This document shows positions 19,146 through 29,458 of a DNA stretch of 64,000 bases, one piece after another. Below the pieces are notes generated by a model. The model made no database searches and was not told the origin of the DNA. It saw only the letters and a list, made by a program, of their open reading frames with translations. Source of the DNA: a virus. How positions within the stretch are numbered: position 1 is the stretch's first letter; every line of letters starts with the position of its first letter. Location of the stretch: IMG/VR virus record IMGVR_UViG_3300042317_001497; one strand, written 5' to 3'. The position numbers and the translations under genes are program-made.

Positions 19146-20153
19146 TTACTCTGGTAAGTATGTAATAATAAGCTTCCATGAATCTATAGAACCAGAAACT
19201 CCAGGATCATCATCTTTTATATATAAAGTCCAATTTCCTGTTGTTGAAGACCCAAATAGATGATTAAATCCTGGTTCTAAAGAGCTATTCTGAAACTTAA
19301 TACTACTGGTTTTATCCAAAATAGAACAGACGCCACCAGAATATATGTTATTTAAATAATTCCCTGCTGTAGCTTTATTAGAAAACATAAAACTAAATCC
19401 AGGATTATAGTTTCCTATTTTATTATGAGAAGATAATAGAATTTTATTTCCATTGGGCGGGGCCAAAATAAATGTTAGATCTTGAGGAGAATTATGTCTT
19501 AAACCATTAATTGCTACTTCTACATTTTCTATACTTCTAGAATCCGAAGTACTAATAATACCGCTACAAATATTATTATCTGGTATATTCATAGACGATC
19601 CGGTATATACTACTGAATATACGTCTAAATCTATACACTCAGGAAAACACAGGTCCGTGGAATAAGCTGGTGTTGGTGTTGGAGTAGGAGATGATCCGGC
19701 TGGTGTAGGGGTAGGAGTAATATTTAATTCACCAGATGATATATCACATCCTATTATAGATGGAAAATATTTTTTAACAATTGTTATTGTGCCAGTCGCT
19801 ACCCTAGTATTACTAATTCTAGTTCCATTGATATCTGTTATGTCAAACTGTACATCTAAATCATAAACAGCATTATCAAAAGTATAAGTAGACGTAAGAG
19901 CAGAAGCTAGTCTTAATATAATAAATCCAGTATTAGTTGTGGTAAGTTCATAACCATTAGTGATAAGATTAGGACTAAGACCATCAACTAAACCATTCGT
20001 AAATATACCCCGTATTTGGTTGTTAGTCAAATATCTTAATTTAACACAACTATCTGTAAGATCTACCGAGACTCCGTTTTCATCGGTATACTGAAAAGTA
20101 ATAATAAAATCTGAACTTTGTTCAATTAAAAAATTATAATTCGCTGCTGGCAT
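19146..20153 (-). CDS. Virion protein with PT linker and C-terminal proprotein-convertase P-domain
   Basis: N-terminus MPAANYNFLIEQSSDF is paralogous to 25872-26276. C-terminus has VEVAINGLRHNSPQDLTFILAPPNG...GNWTLYIKDDDPGVSGSIDSWKL, typical of the P_proprotein domain. Confidence 0.7.
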   Translation of the reverse strand: MPAANYNFLIEQSSDFIITFQYTDENGVSVDLTDSCVKLRYLTNNQIRGIFTNGLVDGLSPNLITNGYELTTTNTGFIILRLASALTSTYTFDNAVYDLDVQFDITDINGTRISNTRVATGTITIVKKYFPSIIGCDISSGELNITPTPTPAGSSPTPTPTPAYSTDLCFPECIDLDVYSVVYTGSSMNIPDNNICSGIISTSDSRSIENVEVAINGLRHNSPQDLTFILAPPNGNKILLSSHNKIGNYNPGFSFMFSNKATAGNYLNNIYSGGVCSILDKTSSIKFQNSSLEPGFNHLFGSSTTGNWTLYIKDDDPGVSGSIDSWKLIITYLPE

Positions 20154-20181
20154 ATAATACTTTCTGATTAATTAAAATTTA

Positions 20182-20718
20182 CTAAGAGTAAATATCTCTG
20201 CTTCTAAAAGGATTGAGTTGAATAGCTCTGGGATCAAACTTGTTACCAACGAATGGGCTCATCATAGCCCTAATAGCGTTAGCGTTTCCAAACTCATATT
20301 GACTACGCAATTCTTGATATGTTGAGCATGGGCCTTGCTCAAGCAAAATCTGATAAGCTCTTATGTTTCCTGCAACACTAATAGCTGCTGGTCCTAAACT
20401 TGCTCTAATTCCTTCCATCAAAGCTTTTGTTCTTAGTGTGCTTTGATCTAATAAACAGGCCGATTTTAAAGCAATAAAACCGATATAATCATTGTCTCTA
20501 GCTAATGGATTACCAGGATCAGGATTTGTAGGATCAGGACTAATAATTTGATTAACAATATCTATATTATATGTTCTACCAAGATTAATTTCGCTCTTAA
20601 CATATTGAGCAGCTATAGTTACTAGCTGTATTATTCTTTCATCGCTATATTGTGGCTGATCTGATAAATCATTAATTAGAGTTCTAGTAATCAATGGAAT
20701 TTCTATTTGCCAAGACAT
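20182..20718 (-). CDS. Head-tail adaptor-like protein
   Basis: 178 aa; RTLINDLSDQPQYSDERIIQLV pattern; synteny. Confidence 0.5.
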   Translation of the reverse strand: MSWQIEIPLITRTLINDLSDQPQYSDERIIQLVTIAAQYVKSEINLGRTYNIDIVNQIISPDPTNPDPGNPLARDNDYIGFIALKSACLLDQSTLRTKALMEGIRASLGPAAISVAGNIRAYQILLEQGPCSTYQELRSQYEFGNANAIRAMMSPFVGNKFDPRAIQLNPFRSRDIYS

Positions 20719-20830
20719 TATTAATATTCCTAAAAAGTATAGGGATGGATAAAATTAAGACAATATATTAAAGAAATACACCTTATAGCAATATCTGTAA
20801 CATTATTGGTTATTAGCCGATATTCTAAAA

Positions 20831-20977
20831 TTATGATAAGATCCAAGTAAATGTGTTGGTATCTAGAGTAGCTGTTTCACTTGGTTTAGGTGGAATAAAA
20901 GCGTCTAAATTAGCATCATAATAATAACCTATTCCAGCATAATTACCCCTATAAGGAATTAAAATTCTATTGTATAA
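20831..20977 (-). pseudogene. Start-less 3' remnant of a small tail-associated gene
   Basis: Reads LYNRILIPYRGNYAGIGYYYDANLDAFIPPKP...W, a motif I recognise from the C-terminus of common small phage proteins. It has no start codon and directly follows the stop of the GC-rich insert. Confidence 0.55.
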
Positions 20978-21163
20978 TTATTCAATACTAAAAAAAGATC
21001 TACATTCTTCTTCGCTATCAAACCAATACCAGCCGTCTTGCGGATACTCATACTCGGCGTGGATTTCTTTCAGAAGCGTAAATGTCGGCGCATAGACGGC
21101 ATTTGGCGCGTATAGCAGTTCGTTACCGTCGTGGTCAAACTTGTAAAAGCCGCTTGTGTCCAT
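20978..21163 (-). CDS. Small protein co-transferred with the BspA-like gene
   Basis: 61 aa MDTSGFYKFD...YPQDGWYWFDSEEE. Confidence 0.65.
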   Translation of the reverse strand: MDTSGFYKFDHDGNELLYAPNAVYAPTFTLLKEIHAEYEYPQDGWYWFDSEEECRSFFSIE

Positions 21164-21170
21164 GCGTGTT

Positions 21171-22811
21171 TTAGACCGTTACGGTCCACCCCTTTGCTGT
21201 GGCGATTGATGGTGTATGCGATGCCGTTCCCCAGTTGCCGGTGACCGTGATGGTCTTCCCGCTGCCGGTCGCGGACAGTCCCGTATAGATGGCGTTGAGC
21301 GCGGCCGGAGACAACTTGCACGCTGCGTAGCTGATGTTCTGATTTGTTCCAGACAGCGGAGCAGCGGATAGCGACGAGCAGCCGCTGAACATTCCCGAGA
21401 AATTGCCCGAAGTAACAGCGGAAGTGTTCAAAGCCGGGGCGTTTACCAGAGAGATGCAACTGGAGAACATGCTCTGCATATTAGCGACGGCTGCTGTGTT
21501 GAAAAGCGGTACTGACTGAAGCGCGGTGCAACCCGTGAACATATTCACTGTACTTAGAGCCGCTGCTGTATTGAAAAGCGGAACCGTGGTAAGCGCGGTG
21601 CAACTAGAAAAAAAGTTCAGAAAAGTAGTAACGGCTGCTGTGTTGAAAAGAGGAACAGTGGTAAGGGCTTCGCAAAGCCGAAACATGGTACTCATGTTTG
21701 TGACCGACGCTGTGTTGAATAGCGGAACGCTGGTGAGTGCGCGGCACTCGTTAAACATATCGGACATATTTGTGACAAGAGCCGTATTGAAAAGAGGCAC
21801 AGTAGTTAACTGCGCACAAGCGAAAAACATACTGCTCATGTTTGTGGCCGCTGCCGTGTTGAAAAACGGCACTGACTGAAGCGCGGTGCAGCCGTTGAAC
21901 ATACTGCTCATGTTTTGGCAGGCCGCCATATTGAAAAGCGGCACTGACTGAAGCGAGCTACAGCCGCTGAACATTGAACTCATGTTCGTGACCGCTGCTG
22001 TATTGAGAAGCGGCACATACTGGAGACTTCTACAGCCCGAGAACATACTGAACATGGCCGTTGCCGATACTGTGTTGAAGAGAGGTATCGATCTCAGCGA
22101 GCGGCAATCAGCGAACATAGCGCCCATGCTTGTGACCGATGCCGTATTGAATTGTGGAACTATCTGAAGCGTGCGGCAGGCTTGGAACATATTGCTCATG
22201 TTCGTCACGCTGCCGGTTGAAAACAGCGGCACGGACTGAAGCACCAAGCAGTTTTGAAATTGGCTCGCCATACTGGTGAGGTTGTGCTGGCCGATTGTGA
22301 CTTGCTGGAGATACGGCATCGCAAGGCTGGCGCTGCCAATCGTGAGCGATGTCAGGCTTTGGCCGTTCACGGCAATGTCCAGCCATCCGGCGTAATAAGC
22401 GCTGTTGAGGCCGCTTTGGTTGTGGCGGGATTGCAAATTTAGCGATGTCAGGTTTGCCGCTCCTTGCGGATAGACCTGAATGACGACTTGGCGATATCCC
22501 AGCGTCGATTCGCCCGCGCTGCTAATCGTGGCGTAATCGTACTGCTTGTAGGCGGTCGTTCCGGTTGCGTGGTTCGTCGTGGTGCCGTCGCCCCAATCGA
22601 CCGTGTACGCGGCAGCCGCAGAGAGCGCGACGAAATTGCTTTCGGGGTCAATGCGATACAGACCCGCGAATCGCTGCTGGCCGGTAACGTCTGGCAGGGC
22701 GAGCCAATCGGCAGGTCGTACCCATGTTGTTAGGTTTGATGTGACAGCCGTGGCTGATCGCAAATTGCGATTGCTTGCCAACCGCGGCCGTGATTCAGTT
22801 GTAATAGCCAT
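21171..22811 (-). CDS. BspA/DUF285-like repeat protein (putative receptor-binding or fibre accessory)
   Basis: About 13 tandem ~23-aa repeats of the form FxxCxxLxSVPLFNTAAVTNMSSM. The gene is markedly more GC-rich than its flanks. Confidence 0.8.
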   Translation of the reverse strand: MAITTESRPRLASNRNLRSATAVTSNLTTWVRPADWLALPDVTGQQRFAGLYRIDPESNFVALSAAAAYTVDWGDGTTTNHATGTTAYKQYDYATISSAGESTLGYRQVVIQVYPQGAANLTSLNLQSRHNQSGLNSAYYAGWLDIAVNGQSLTSLTIGSASLAMPYLQQVTIGQHNLTSMASQFQNCLVLQSVPLFSTGSVTNMSNMFQACRTLQIVPQFNTASVTSMGAMFADCRSLRSIPLFNTVSATAMFSMFSGCRSLQYVPLLNTAAVTNMSSMFSGCSSLQSVPLFNMAACQNMSSMFNGCTALQSVPFFNTAAATNMSSMFFACAQLTTVPLFNTALVTNMSDMFNECRALTSVPLFNTASVTNMSTMFRLCEALTTVPLFNTAAVTTFLNFFSSCTALTTVPLFNTAAALSTVNMFTGCTALQSVPLFNTAAVANMQSMFSSCISLVNAPALNTSAVTSGNFSGMFSGCSSLSAAPLSGTNQNISYAACKLSPAALNAIYTGLSATGSGKTITVTGNWGTASHTPSIATAKGWTVTV

Positions 22812-23137
22812 TAGGTGATCTCCGCCCCGAACAAAGAAAACGCCACGTTGGCGGTCCCGGCGAATACCGACACAACGTCGGTTGCCGCCAGTGAGATTCC
22901 AAGCGTCAAATAAAACGAATCATTCGCGTTTACGGAAGTATCATAAACGATGTAATGTTTGTTGCTTATTGACTCACCGGCCGGACGGACCGCGATACGA
23001 AAAGTCGTTGACACGCCCAAATTGCAGATGCTTACGGTGCTGACTACGGCCTGCGTAGCTGATGGAACCGTGTAAAGCGTTGTCAGTGTGCTGGCAGCCG
23101 GATTGGATTGCCCGAGTACTTTGTATGTTTGCGGCAT
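22811..23137 (-). CDS. Small virion beta-protein
   Basis: 108 aa MPQTYKVLGQSNPAASTLTTLYTVP..., a type commonly adjacent to fibre genes. Confidence 0.7.
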   Translation of the reverse strand: MPQTYKVLGQSNPAASTLTTLYTVPSATQAVVSTVSICNLGVSTTFRIAVRPAGESISNKHYIVYDTSVNANDSFYLTLGISLAATDVVSVFAGTANVAFSLFGAEIT

Positions 23138-24166
23138 TTACATACCTCCTAAAAGAAATGGATGAATTATAATATTATTAACAGCATCAATGAAATCACT
23201 AATATTAGAACTAGTATGAAAATGACCACTAACACTAACATCAATATTATTAACTTTTAAACTAGTTCCATCAAAAGTTAAATTAGTCTCAGCATTTATT
23301 CCTGTTGATGTTCCATCAGATGTTAATATTCTATTATTAGCATAATTAGTTATGCTAACTCCACCGCCGCCACCTGTTCCACTACTACTAATAGTTAAAG
23401 TATTAGCACTATCATTATAATCAAGAGTTATTCCACTACCAGCAATTAAAAATCCAGAACCAACAACATCTTGAACACTCTCATCAAAATTATTAATATA
23501 TGAACTATCAAGAGTTTTATTCAACCAAAGCCCACTCGCACTATTATAAATTAATGTTTGATTATTACTAACTCCACTAATAGCTACATTATGTAATTCT
23601 TCTAACTCAAAACCATTTTGTACTTTGATATATACTTTACCATTATTAGATTGTTTTCTTAATACATATCCTATAAACACCATATGATTTGGTGCGGATG
23701 GTTTGTTTGATGTGCCGTACACTACACCGCCAGAAACCGTGGGAGACAACCAGATAGTATCTCCAGCTACTGCTGCAGAATTGGTGTCTATTCCTTCTAG
23801 CAGTCCTTCTACTGTAACATACCCAAATTCATTATTTGATAAATTCTGCTGTAATAATCCTAATGTTTTGCTAGAAGAACTTTCTCCAGAAGCTATAGCT
23901 AATTGTATTGTTGGATTATCTCCTTGGGCGCCATTGATATAAACAGCTTGACCCTTAGTCATCGGGGATCCTGTTGTATTTTTTACATATAAAGGGACAT
24001 TGGATGTTAGGGGGGTTAGAGATGACCAATTATTAACGCCATCTCCAATTTTTAAGATACTATGTGATATATCAAATCCCGGTTCTCCACTTCCTAGAAC
24101 TGAGTTGGTGCTAGACCATTCAGAGAATGATCCTTTTCTAATTTGTATTAAATTATTAACTGGCAT
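23138..24166 (-). CDS. Tail fibre-like protein with Mtd_N/hyaluronidase-type N-terminus
   Basis: IQIRKGSFSEWSSTNSVLGSGEPGFD...LKIGDG..WSSL motif. Confidence 0.75.
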   Translation of the reverse strand: MPVNNLIQIRKGSFSEWSSTNSVLGSGEPGFDISHSILKIGDGVNNWSSLTPLTSNVPLYVKNTTGSPMTKGQAVYINGAQGDNPTIQLAIASGESSSSKTLGLLQQNLSNNEFGYVTVEGLLEGIDTNSAAVAGDTIWLSPTVSGGVVYGTSNKPSAPNHMVFIGYVLRKQSNNGKVYIKVQNGFELEELHNVAISGVSNNQTLIYNSASGLWLNKTLDSSYINNFDESVQDVVGSGFLIAGSGITLDYNDSANTLTISSSGTGGGGGVSITNYANNRILTSDGTSTGINAETNLTFDGTSLKVNNIDVSVSGHFHTSSNISDFIDAVNNIIIHPFLLGGM

Positions 24167-24184
24167 AGCTCTAAATTCCTAATA

Positions 24185-25591
24185 TCAGGGAGTTCCACCA
24201 TCTATAGCACAATAGTAAAGAATTGTTGGACTACCAGCACTAACTCCACTTATACTAGTTAAACCATTAATACTTGTCAAAGTGTCACCCAATGAAACGG
24301 AACTTGAGCCAACTGTTATGCTACTATTAACCAATTGACTATTATCTACTCCACTAGCTTTAATAGTTACTGCTCCCGAACTTACACTAAAATCTCCACT
24401 ATCAAAAGATGCTATTCCTTTAACAGATGTTGAGGCGTCTTGAAAAACTCCTGATACTGAGCTTGTTACTCGACCATAAGAATCTGTGGTCACAGACTGT
24501 AGAAATGTGCTTCCTGCTGAACCGCTACTATCAGATCTACTTACTGTTGCTAAATCTATACTATCAGCATTAACAACAATTCTAGAAGAACTAGCGGTAC
24601 CAATATCTATTGTATTACCAGTTTTAGTTAAACCAGATCCGGCAGTAGTTTGACCAGCACCACTAAATTGAGCAAAGGTTAGGCTTGTGGATTCTAGTGT
24701 AATAGTATCGTTGGTTGTTAAAACCCAACCGCTATCACTATTTGTAGAACCCTCTGTTACGAAAGTAAACATGCCTGCGGTGACTTCAGTATCACTATCA
24801 GCATCAGATGAGCGACTCCAGCTTCCAACAGCAGCAGTATAAATACCATTTTGACTACCAACACTTTGATCTTTTACTAATACTCTATCACCAGACACAA
24901 TATTTACACCATCAATAGTTTGAGCGCCACTCAACGTTATATTCTCTGTGGTGGCCGCCCTAACGCTCTGTTTAACGTCTAATCCGCTACGAGCAGCATC
25001 AACATAAGCTTTAGTAGCAGCATCACTATCAGATGTTGGGGTAGCTAATGATGTAATTTTTTGACTATTTAAAGATACTGATCCTGATGGGGCAGCCATT
25101 TGATCCAAACGATTAGTTCTTACAACAGTGTTAAAATCATTAATATTACTAGCAAGTAAACCGCTACCACCAACGGTTAAATTACCAGTAACACTAATAT
25201 TAGCAGCATTTAGCGTAAAATTAGCAGCGCCAGTTCCGCTGCTCGTTATACTGTTGATTCCTGTGAGATCTCTATTAAGACCAACCATAAGCTGATCATT
25301 GAAAACATTATCGTCCTCATAGGAAAATACGATATTGCTATCATATGCTCCGTTTCCGGGAGCACCTGCCCCGGTTAGTAAGTTTGCTACTCTATCATCA
25401 ATAATTTCATTTAATTCTGTTGGTAATGTTGTGGCCCAATCTAAACTGCTCCATACTGTTGATCCGTCTCCAATTTTAAATTTCTTTAGTGTTGTATCAT
25501 ATCCTATTTCTCCTGCTGATAAAGCATCAGAAGATAAGGCCCATTGAACTGACGAACCTCTTCTTAATTGTACTTTTGTTTGAACTGGCAT
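24185..25591 (-). CDS. Tail fibre-like protein with Mtd_N-type N-terminus
   Basis: VQLRRGSSVQW...GEIGYDTTLKKFKIGDGSTVWSSL; DAATKAYVD and LSGAQTIDGV...GDRVLVKDQ...NGIY fibre motifs. Confidence 0.8.
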   Translation of the reverse strand: MPVQTKVQLRRGSSVQWALSSDALSAGEIGYDTTLKKFKIGDGSTVWSSLDWATTLPTELNEIIDDRVANLLTGAGAPGNGAYDSNIVFSYEDDNVFNDQLMVGLNRDLTGINSITSSGTGAANFTLNAANISVTGNLTVGGSGLLASNINDFNTVVRTNRLDQMAAPSGSVSLNSQKITSLATPTSDSDAATKAYVDAARSGLDVKQSVRAATTENITLSGAQTIDGVNIVSGDRVLVKDQSVGSQNGIYTAAVGSWSRSSDADSDTEVTAGMFTFVTEGSTNSDSGWVLTTNDTITLESTSLTFAQFSGAGQTTAGSGLTKTGNTIDIGTASSSRIVVNADSIDLATVSRSDSSGSAGSTFLQSVTTDSYGRVTSSVSGVFQDASTSVKGIASFDSGDFSVSSGAVTIKASGVDNSQLVNSSITVGSSSVSLGDTLTSINGLTSISGVSAGSPTILYYCAIDGGTP

Positions 25592-25614
25592 TTTATTTCT
25601 CCATTATTTCATAA

Positions 25615-25875
25615 TCAGGGCGAGCCACAATCAAAATGATAATTATCTAAATATTCTGCTAATCCACTAATTCTTGCTACTGGAAAATCACCAATTATTC
25701 TATTAACTGGATAGTCTGGTAAATCACTAGGAAGTATTCTTTCAACATTAATTACATCAATATTATATTGATCATATCTTTGTATTTCAATATTATTAAT
25801 ATTATCAACAAAACTAGTCTCAATATCTATTGTATACACTTGAGGATCAGTAATTTCAACTATAAAATTGCTCAT
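25615..25875 (-). CDS. Hypothetical virion protein
   Basis: 86 aa ending FDCGSP. Confidence 0.6.
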   Translation of the reverse strand: MSNFIVEITDPQVYTIDIETSFVDNINNIEIQRYDQYNIDVINVERILPSDLPDYPVNRIIGDFPVARISGLAEYLDNYHFDCGSP

Positions 25876-26276
25876 ATATTACAATCCATATTGGATGAAA
25901 TTTGACTAAATCTTTTTACAATAGTTATAACTCCATAAAGAATTCTAGTAGTATATTTCCCTCCTCCATTATATAGATCGTCTGGACTTTGTAGTTCAAG
26001 ATCGTATTTAGCTGTACTAAAATTAAAACTATTAGTAGTTGTTGAGGGGAATAAAAGTGTTAACTTTCCATTTGGTTCATCTATCTCGAATCTATAAACA
26101 TCATGATTATTATTATTAGATGAAAATATTTGAGTAGTAGTACTATTTGTTTTCCAAATAACTCTTGCACACCAACCAGTCAAATTCACAGGAGCTCCAC
26201 TAGCATCTTTATATATCAAAGATAGTCTAAAAGACGTACCTTGCTCTATAGCGAAATCATATTTGGCCGCTGCCAT
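25872..26276 (-). CDS. Virion structural protein (paralog of the 19146-20153 N-terminus)
   Basis: MAAAKYDFAIEQGTSF...VNLTGW...AKYDLEL...RILYGVITI. Confidence 0.65.
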   Translation of the reverse strand: MAAAKYDFAIEQGTSFRLSLIYKDASGAPVNLTGWCARVIWKTNSTTTQIFSSNNNNHDVYRFEIDEPNGKLTLLFPSTTTNSFNFSTAKYDLELQSPDDLYNGGGKYTTRILYGVITIVKRFSQISSNMDCNI

Positions 26277-26332
26277 AGTTGTCGCCCTATATTTAAAAAG
26301 TTATTTTGATCGATCTATAATAAGATACACCC

Positions 26333-26361
26333 AAAAAAAAAGGCCGGCGCAAAGCCAGCCT
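26333..26361 (-). terminator. Rho-independent terminator after the major capsid gene
   Basis: Minus strand AGGCTGGC-TTTGC-GCCGGCCT followed by 8 T. Confidence 0.8.
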
Positions 26362-26394
26362 TCTTTTATTTCGCTATTAATATAGCTAATTAAA

Positions 26395-27405
26395 TTATAG
26401 AGCGCCAAGAACAACTCTACGGTTGTCGAGAACAGCAAAACCGTGCTCTGACCAACCATAGAAACCGGCTCTCTTCTGACGATGTAGTGTATCATCTTCG
26501 AAGATTTGAACCTCTTGACGAACTGGCATAATAAATGTATCGTTCTTGCTCTGATCAAGACCAACAACGATTTCACTCTTAGTACCGGGTAGTGCGCCAG
26601 AAAGAATATTACTATAGAATAGCTGATATTCTTGACCAACGCCTAGTTCATCTAGATCATGAAGATTAACACCGAACACACGATTAAGAGTACCGTCAGC
26701 AGCTGTATAGATCTCACGACGAGTAATTTCGTCGATCTGATCGATACCCCAGTTACGAATATCTTCCATAGATTCTGGAGAAACGTAAAGGTCTGTTAGG
26801 ATAGCTCTGTTATTAGATGCTGAGTTACCACCACCGTTACGACGCATAACGGTCTTCATGAGGCTAACAAGTCTCTTTGTAAACTGATTTGTATTAGCAT
26901 CACTATCATAAACTACGATGTTACGATCAACACCAGCAGCTAGAACAGTATGCCAACCGTCATCGTTCATCTTCTTAACAAAGGAGCCTTCTAGAACCTC
27001 CATAGCACGACCCACAACGTCCCAGCGGGCATCTCTGGCATACTTTAAGAGATAGTCGATTGAAGAGCCAACGTCGTAGGTTGGTACCATGACGTAATCG
27101 CTCTCAACATGACGCTCTGGAATATAGCCATGATTAGGAACAGTATAGGCAACAAAGTCCTTTTCTGTACCTGGAGCTAGGAAGTCTAATGGAAATTCTG
27201 GAGTAGCATTTTGAGCTAATTGAATTGGCTCGAAAATACCATTTAAAATATCACCACTGAGTAGACCCTTTCTCAATGGAAGCTCTAGTGCTTTAGCAAT
27301 TTCTGCATTAGCAGCTAGGGCTACTTCTCTATTTGGTGAACCAGAACGAACTAAAAGTTCAGTTAATTCTGGAGCGGGCTGAAATTTTTGCGTTTTCGAT
27401 GACAT
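26395..27405 (-). CDS. Major capsid protein (HK97 fold)
   Basis: 336 aa; follows portal, protease and decoration genes and has its own terminator; typical MCP C-terminus (GFYGWSEHGFAVLDNRRV). Confidence 0.85.
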   Translation of the reverse strand: MSSKTQKFQPAPELTELLVRSGSPNREVALAANAEIAKALELPLRKGLLSGDILNGIFEPIQLAQNATPEFPLDFLAPGTEKDFVAYTVPNHGYIPERHVESDYVMVPTYDVGSSIDYLLKYARDARWDVVGRAMEVLEGSFVKKMNDDGWHTVLAAGVDRNIVVYDSDANTNQFTKRLVSLMKTVMRRNGGGNSASNNRAILTDLYVSPESMEDIRNWGIDQIDEITRREIYTAADGTLNRVFGVNLHDLDELGVGQEYQLFYSNILSGALPGTKSEIVVGLDQSKNDTFIMPVRQEVQIFEDDTLHRQKRAGFYGWSEHGFAVLDNRRVVLGAL

Positions 27406-27419
27406 TGCTTTCTCCCTTA

Positions 27420-27878
27420 TCAGGTAATGTTGATATCTACTTTAACGTAACCGTCTGCATCAAGGACACTAAGGAATCTACCGACCTTAACACTATTAGT
27501 GCTTGTGGTTGTTAAATAACCACTGCCATCATAGTAAGCGTCAGCCCCAGCAGTTGGAGTAACACCATTGGCAACAAGGTTAGTTGTTACTTGACCTTGA
27601 CGCAAGACTGTAGCTTTGCCACCAACTGGAACCTCGTCTCTGTACCAGTTAAGATGCTGTCTAGTTAGATCATAACTAACAACATCATTTAGTAGCAAGC
27701 CTGCTGGTTTTGTGCCACTAGGAGTGCCAGTAGGATATGCTACTAGACTTAGAGCATCATCTAGGGCTACGCCGCTACCAGAAGAAACGTGTACTACAAT
27801 ACCGCCTCTTTCTGATGCAGTGTTAATGAAATTGGATACGTCTGTGTATGATTCAACACGATGTGGTTTAAGAGCCAT
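27420..27878 (-). CDS. Capsid decoration/cement protein
   Basis: 152 aa; beta-tulip-like pattern (GLLLNDV...ATVLRQGQVTT...VGRFLS); position before the MCP. Confidence 0.65.
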   Translation of the reverse strand: MALKPHRVESYTDVSNFINTASERGGIVVHVSSGSGVALDDALSLVAYPTGTPSGTKPAGLLLNDVVSYDLTRQHLNWYRDEVPVGGKATVLRQGQVTTNLVANGVTPTAGADAYYDGSGYLTTTSTNSVKVGRFLSVLDADGYVKVDINIT

Positions 27879-27898
27879 TTGATTTCTCCCTATTAATT

Positions 27899-29434
27899 TT
27901 AGAGTTTTTTACCGAGTCTACTAGAAATAAATTCAACCAAGGCGGCGCGTGTTGTTTCAACGGCTGATTCAACCTGACCACCAATACTGAGACTAACGCT
28001 ATCTTCAACTTCAACAGTGTCGAGAGCTTCAATATCTACTGAGGATTTAGTGCTTTTACCTGAATCAGCATCTTCTTGATCTTTTGAATCTTCGTCTGCT
28101 GGTTTATCTTTTTTTGAAGCAGTCTTCTCTTCTTCTTTATCTTCTTCTTTATCTTTTTCTTTATCTTTTTTCTTAAGAAAAGGAGGAAGAGTTTTAGCAA
28201 AAACAGAGGTCATAGTAGCGAAAGTTTCGTCGTCTAATGACTCAAACTTATCAGCTGTTGATGTTGCTGTCTCAGAATCGATACCAAGTTCAACTAGAGC
28301 AGCAACTCTCTTCATTTTCTTTTCTTTCTTAGCCATCTCTTGTTCTTTGTTCTTATATGCTGTTATAATTTCTGAGGCACCTTCAAGATCTTGGCCTAAT
28401 TTTTCATTGGCCTGAATAAGATCTTCGTTTTGCTTTTTGAGATCTTCGAGACTGGCAAATGTTGTATTTGCTGATTCTGTTTTGGTATTAACTTCAGCTT
28501 CTAGAGCAACAACCTTGTTCTGTAGTTCTACAATTTGAGCGTGAGCTTCTGAACAATCTGATGCTTGTACTGTTGCTGTAGTATCTTCTGAATTCATAGT
28601 AATGTTCTCCGCATTAAGGTTGGACACTTTATTTGATACACCCATATCTTGTAAAACTGTATTTTTTTCGTTAGAAAAATTTTCATTAGCTTTAGTTACA
28701 AGATTATTCGATAAAATTATACTATCTGGATTAGCTGGTTTGTCAACAAATCCTTTACCAGAAAAATTAATATTTCTTAGAACTCTACCAATTTTATAGT
28801 CTTGATGTTCTCCTACTCCACCATATGCTCTAAGGTATTTTGTTAAAAATGCTGTTTCTTCATTTCTAGCTAAAACTTTATACTCTCCAGTACTTTTATT
28901 AACTAATCCATAATCAAAACCAGTAAATAAACACTCCATACTAACGTATTTAGTACCTTCTTCTATTTCTGATATTAGTTTATGTGTTCTTTCTTGTAGT
29001 TCTGGTATAGAAAACCCTTTATAGATAACGGATCCTGTTAAAATATGATATTTTGCAGGTAGTTCTGACGCTGGGGTTTCCTCACTGATGAGCTCTCCAT
29101 TTTCTGTTATTGGCCAATTTGATGTAATATGACCGATAATGGTACTCTCGTCGTGTTCTAGATTTGTTGGTTTGTCCTCTGGGCTATTTCTAGCCGCCCA
29201 GACCTCTTCTTTATCAAAAATATCATCATTTTTATTCCATGATGTAGTAACTAAAATAGATTGTAAATAGTATAAATCGCCATCATTAATAGATGCTAAA
29301 CTTTTATTCATATTTTTAATATGTTTTTTATCTATTATAGAAGAAGGAGAAACAGCAGAAGCATAACAAATTGATGCAGATGTTTGGAGTTTATGCTCAA
29401 GACCATCCGAAATTTCTTGCTGAAAAATTTTCAT
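27899..29434 (-). CDS. Prohead protease-scaffold fusion
   Basis: N-terminal NKNDDIF...NLEHD...VSMECLF...FSGKGFVDKPAN protease-like region followed by a long acidic coiled coil. Confidence 0.7.
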   Translation of the reverse strand: MKIFQQEISDGLEHKLQTSASICYASAVSPSSIIDKKHIKNMNKSLASINDGDLYYLQSILVTTSWNKNDDIFDKEEVWAARNSPEDKPTNLEHDESTIIGHITSNWPITENGELISEETPASELPAKYHILTGSVIYKGFSIPELQERTHKLISEIEEGTKYVSMECLFTGFDYGLVNKSTGEYKVLARNEETAFLTKYLRAYGGVGEHQDYKIGRVLRNINFSGKGFVDKPANPDSIILSNNLVTKANENFSNEKNTVLQDMGVSNKVSNLNAENITMNSEDTTATVQASDCSEAHAQIVELQNKVVALEAEVNTKTESANTTFASLEDLKKQNEDLIQANEKLGQDLEGASEIITAYKNKEQEMAKKEKKMKRVAALVELGIDSETATSTADKFESLDDETFATMTSVFAKTLPPFLKKKDKEKDKEEDKEEEKTASKKDKPADEDSKDQEDADSGKSTKSSVDIEALDTVEVEDSVSLSIGGQVESAVETTRAALVEFISSRLGKKL

Positions 29435-29458
29435 TATTTATACCTTATTTGATGATGT

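Noticed and set aside
21171-22811. BspA repeats as a diversity-generating retroelement target
   Set aside because: No reverse transcriptase and no template/variable repeat pair differing only at adenines were seen in the window.
21070-22818. Additional overlapping ORFs around the BspA-like gene
   Set aside because: They are shadows caused by high GC and the repeat periodicity.
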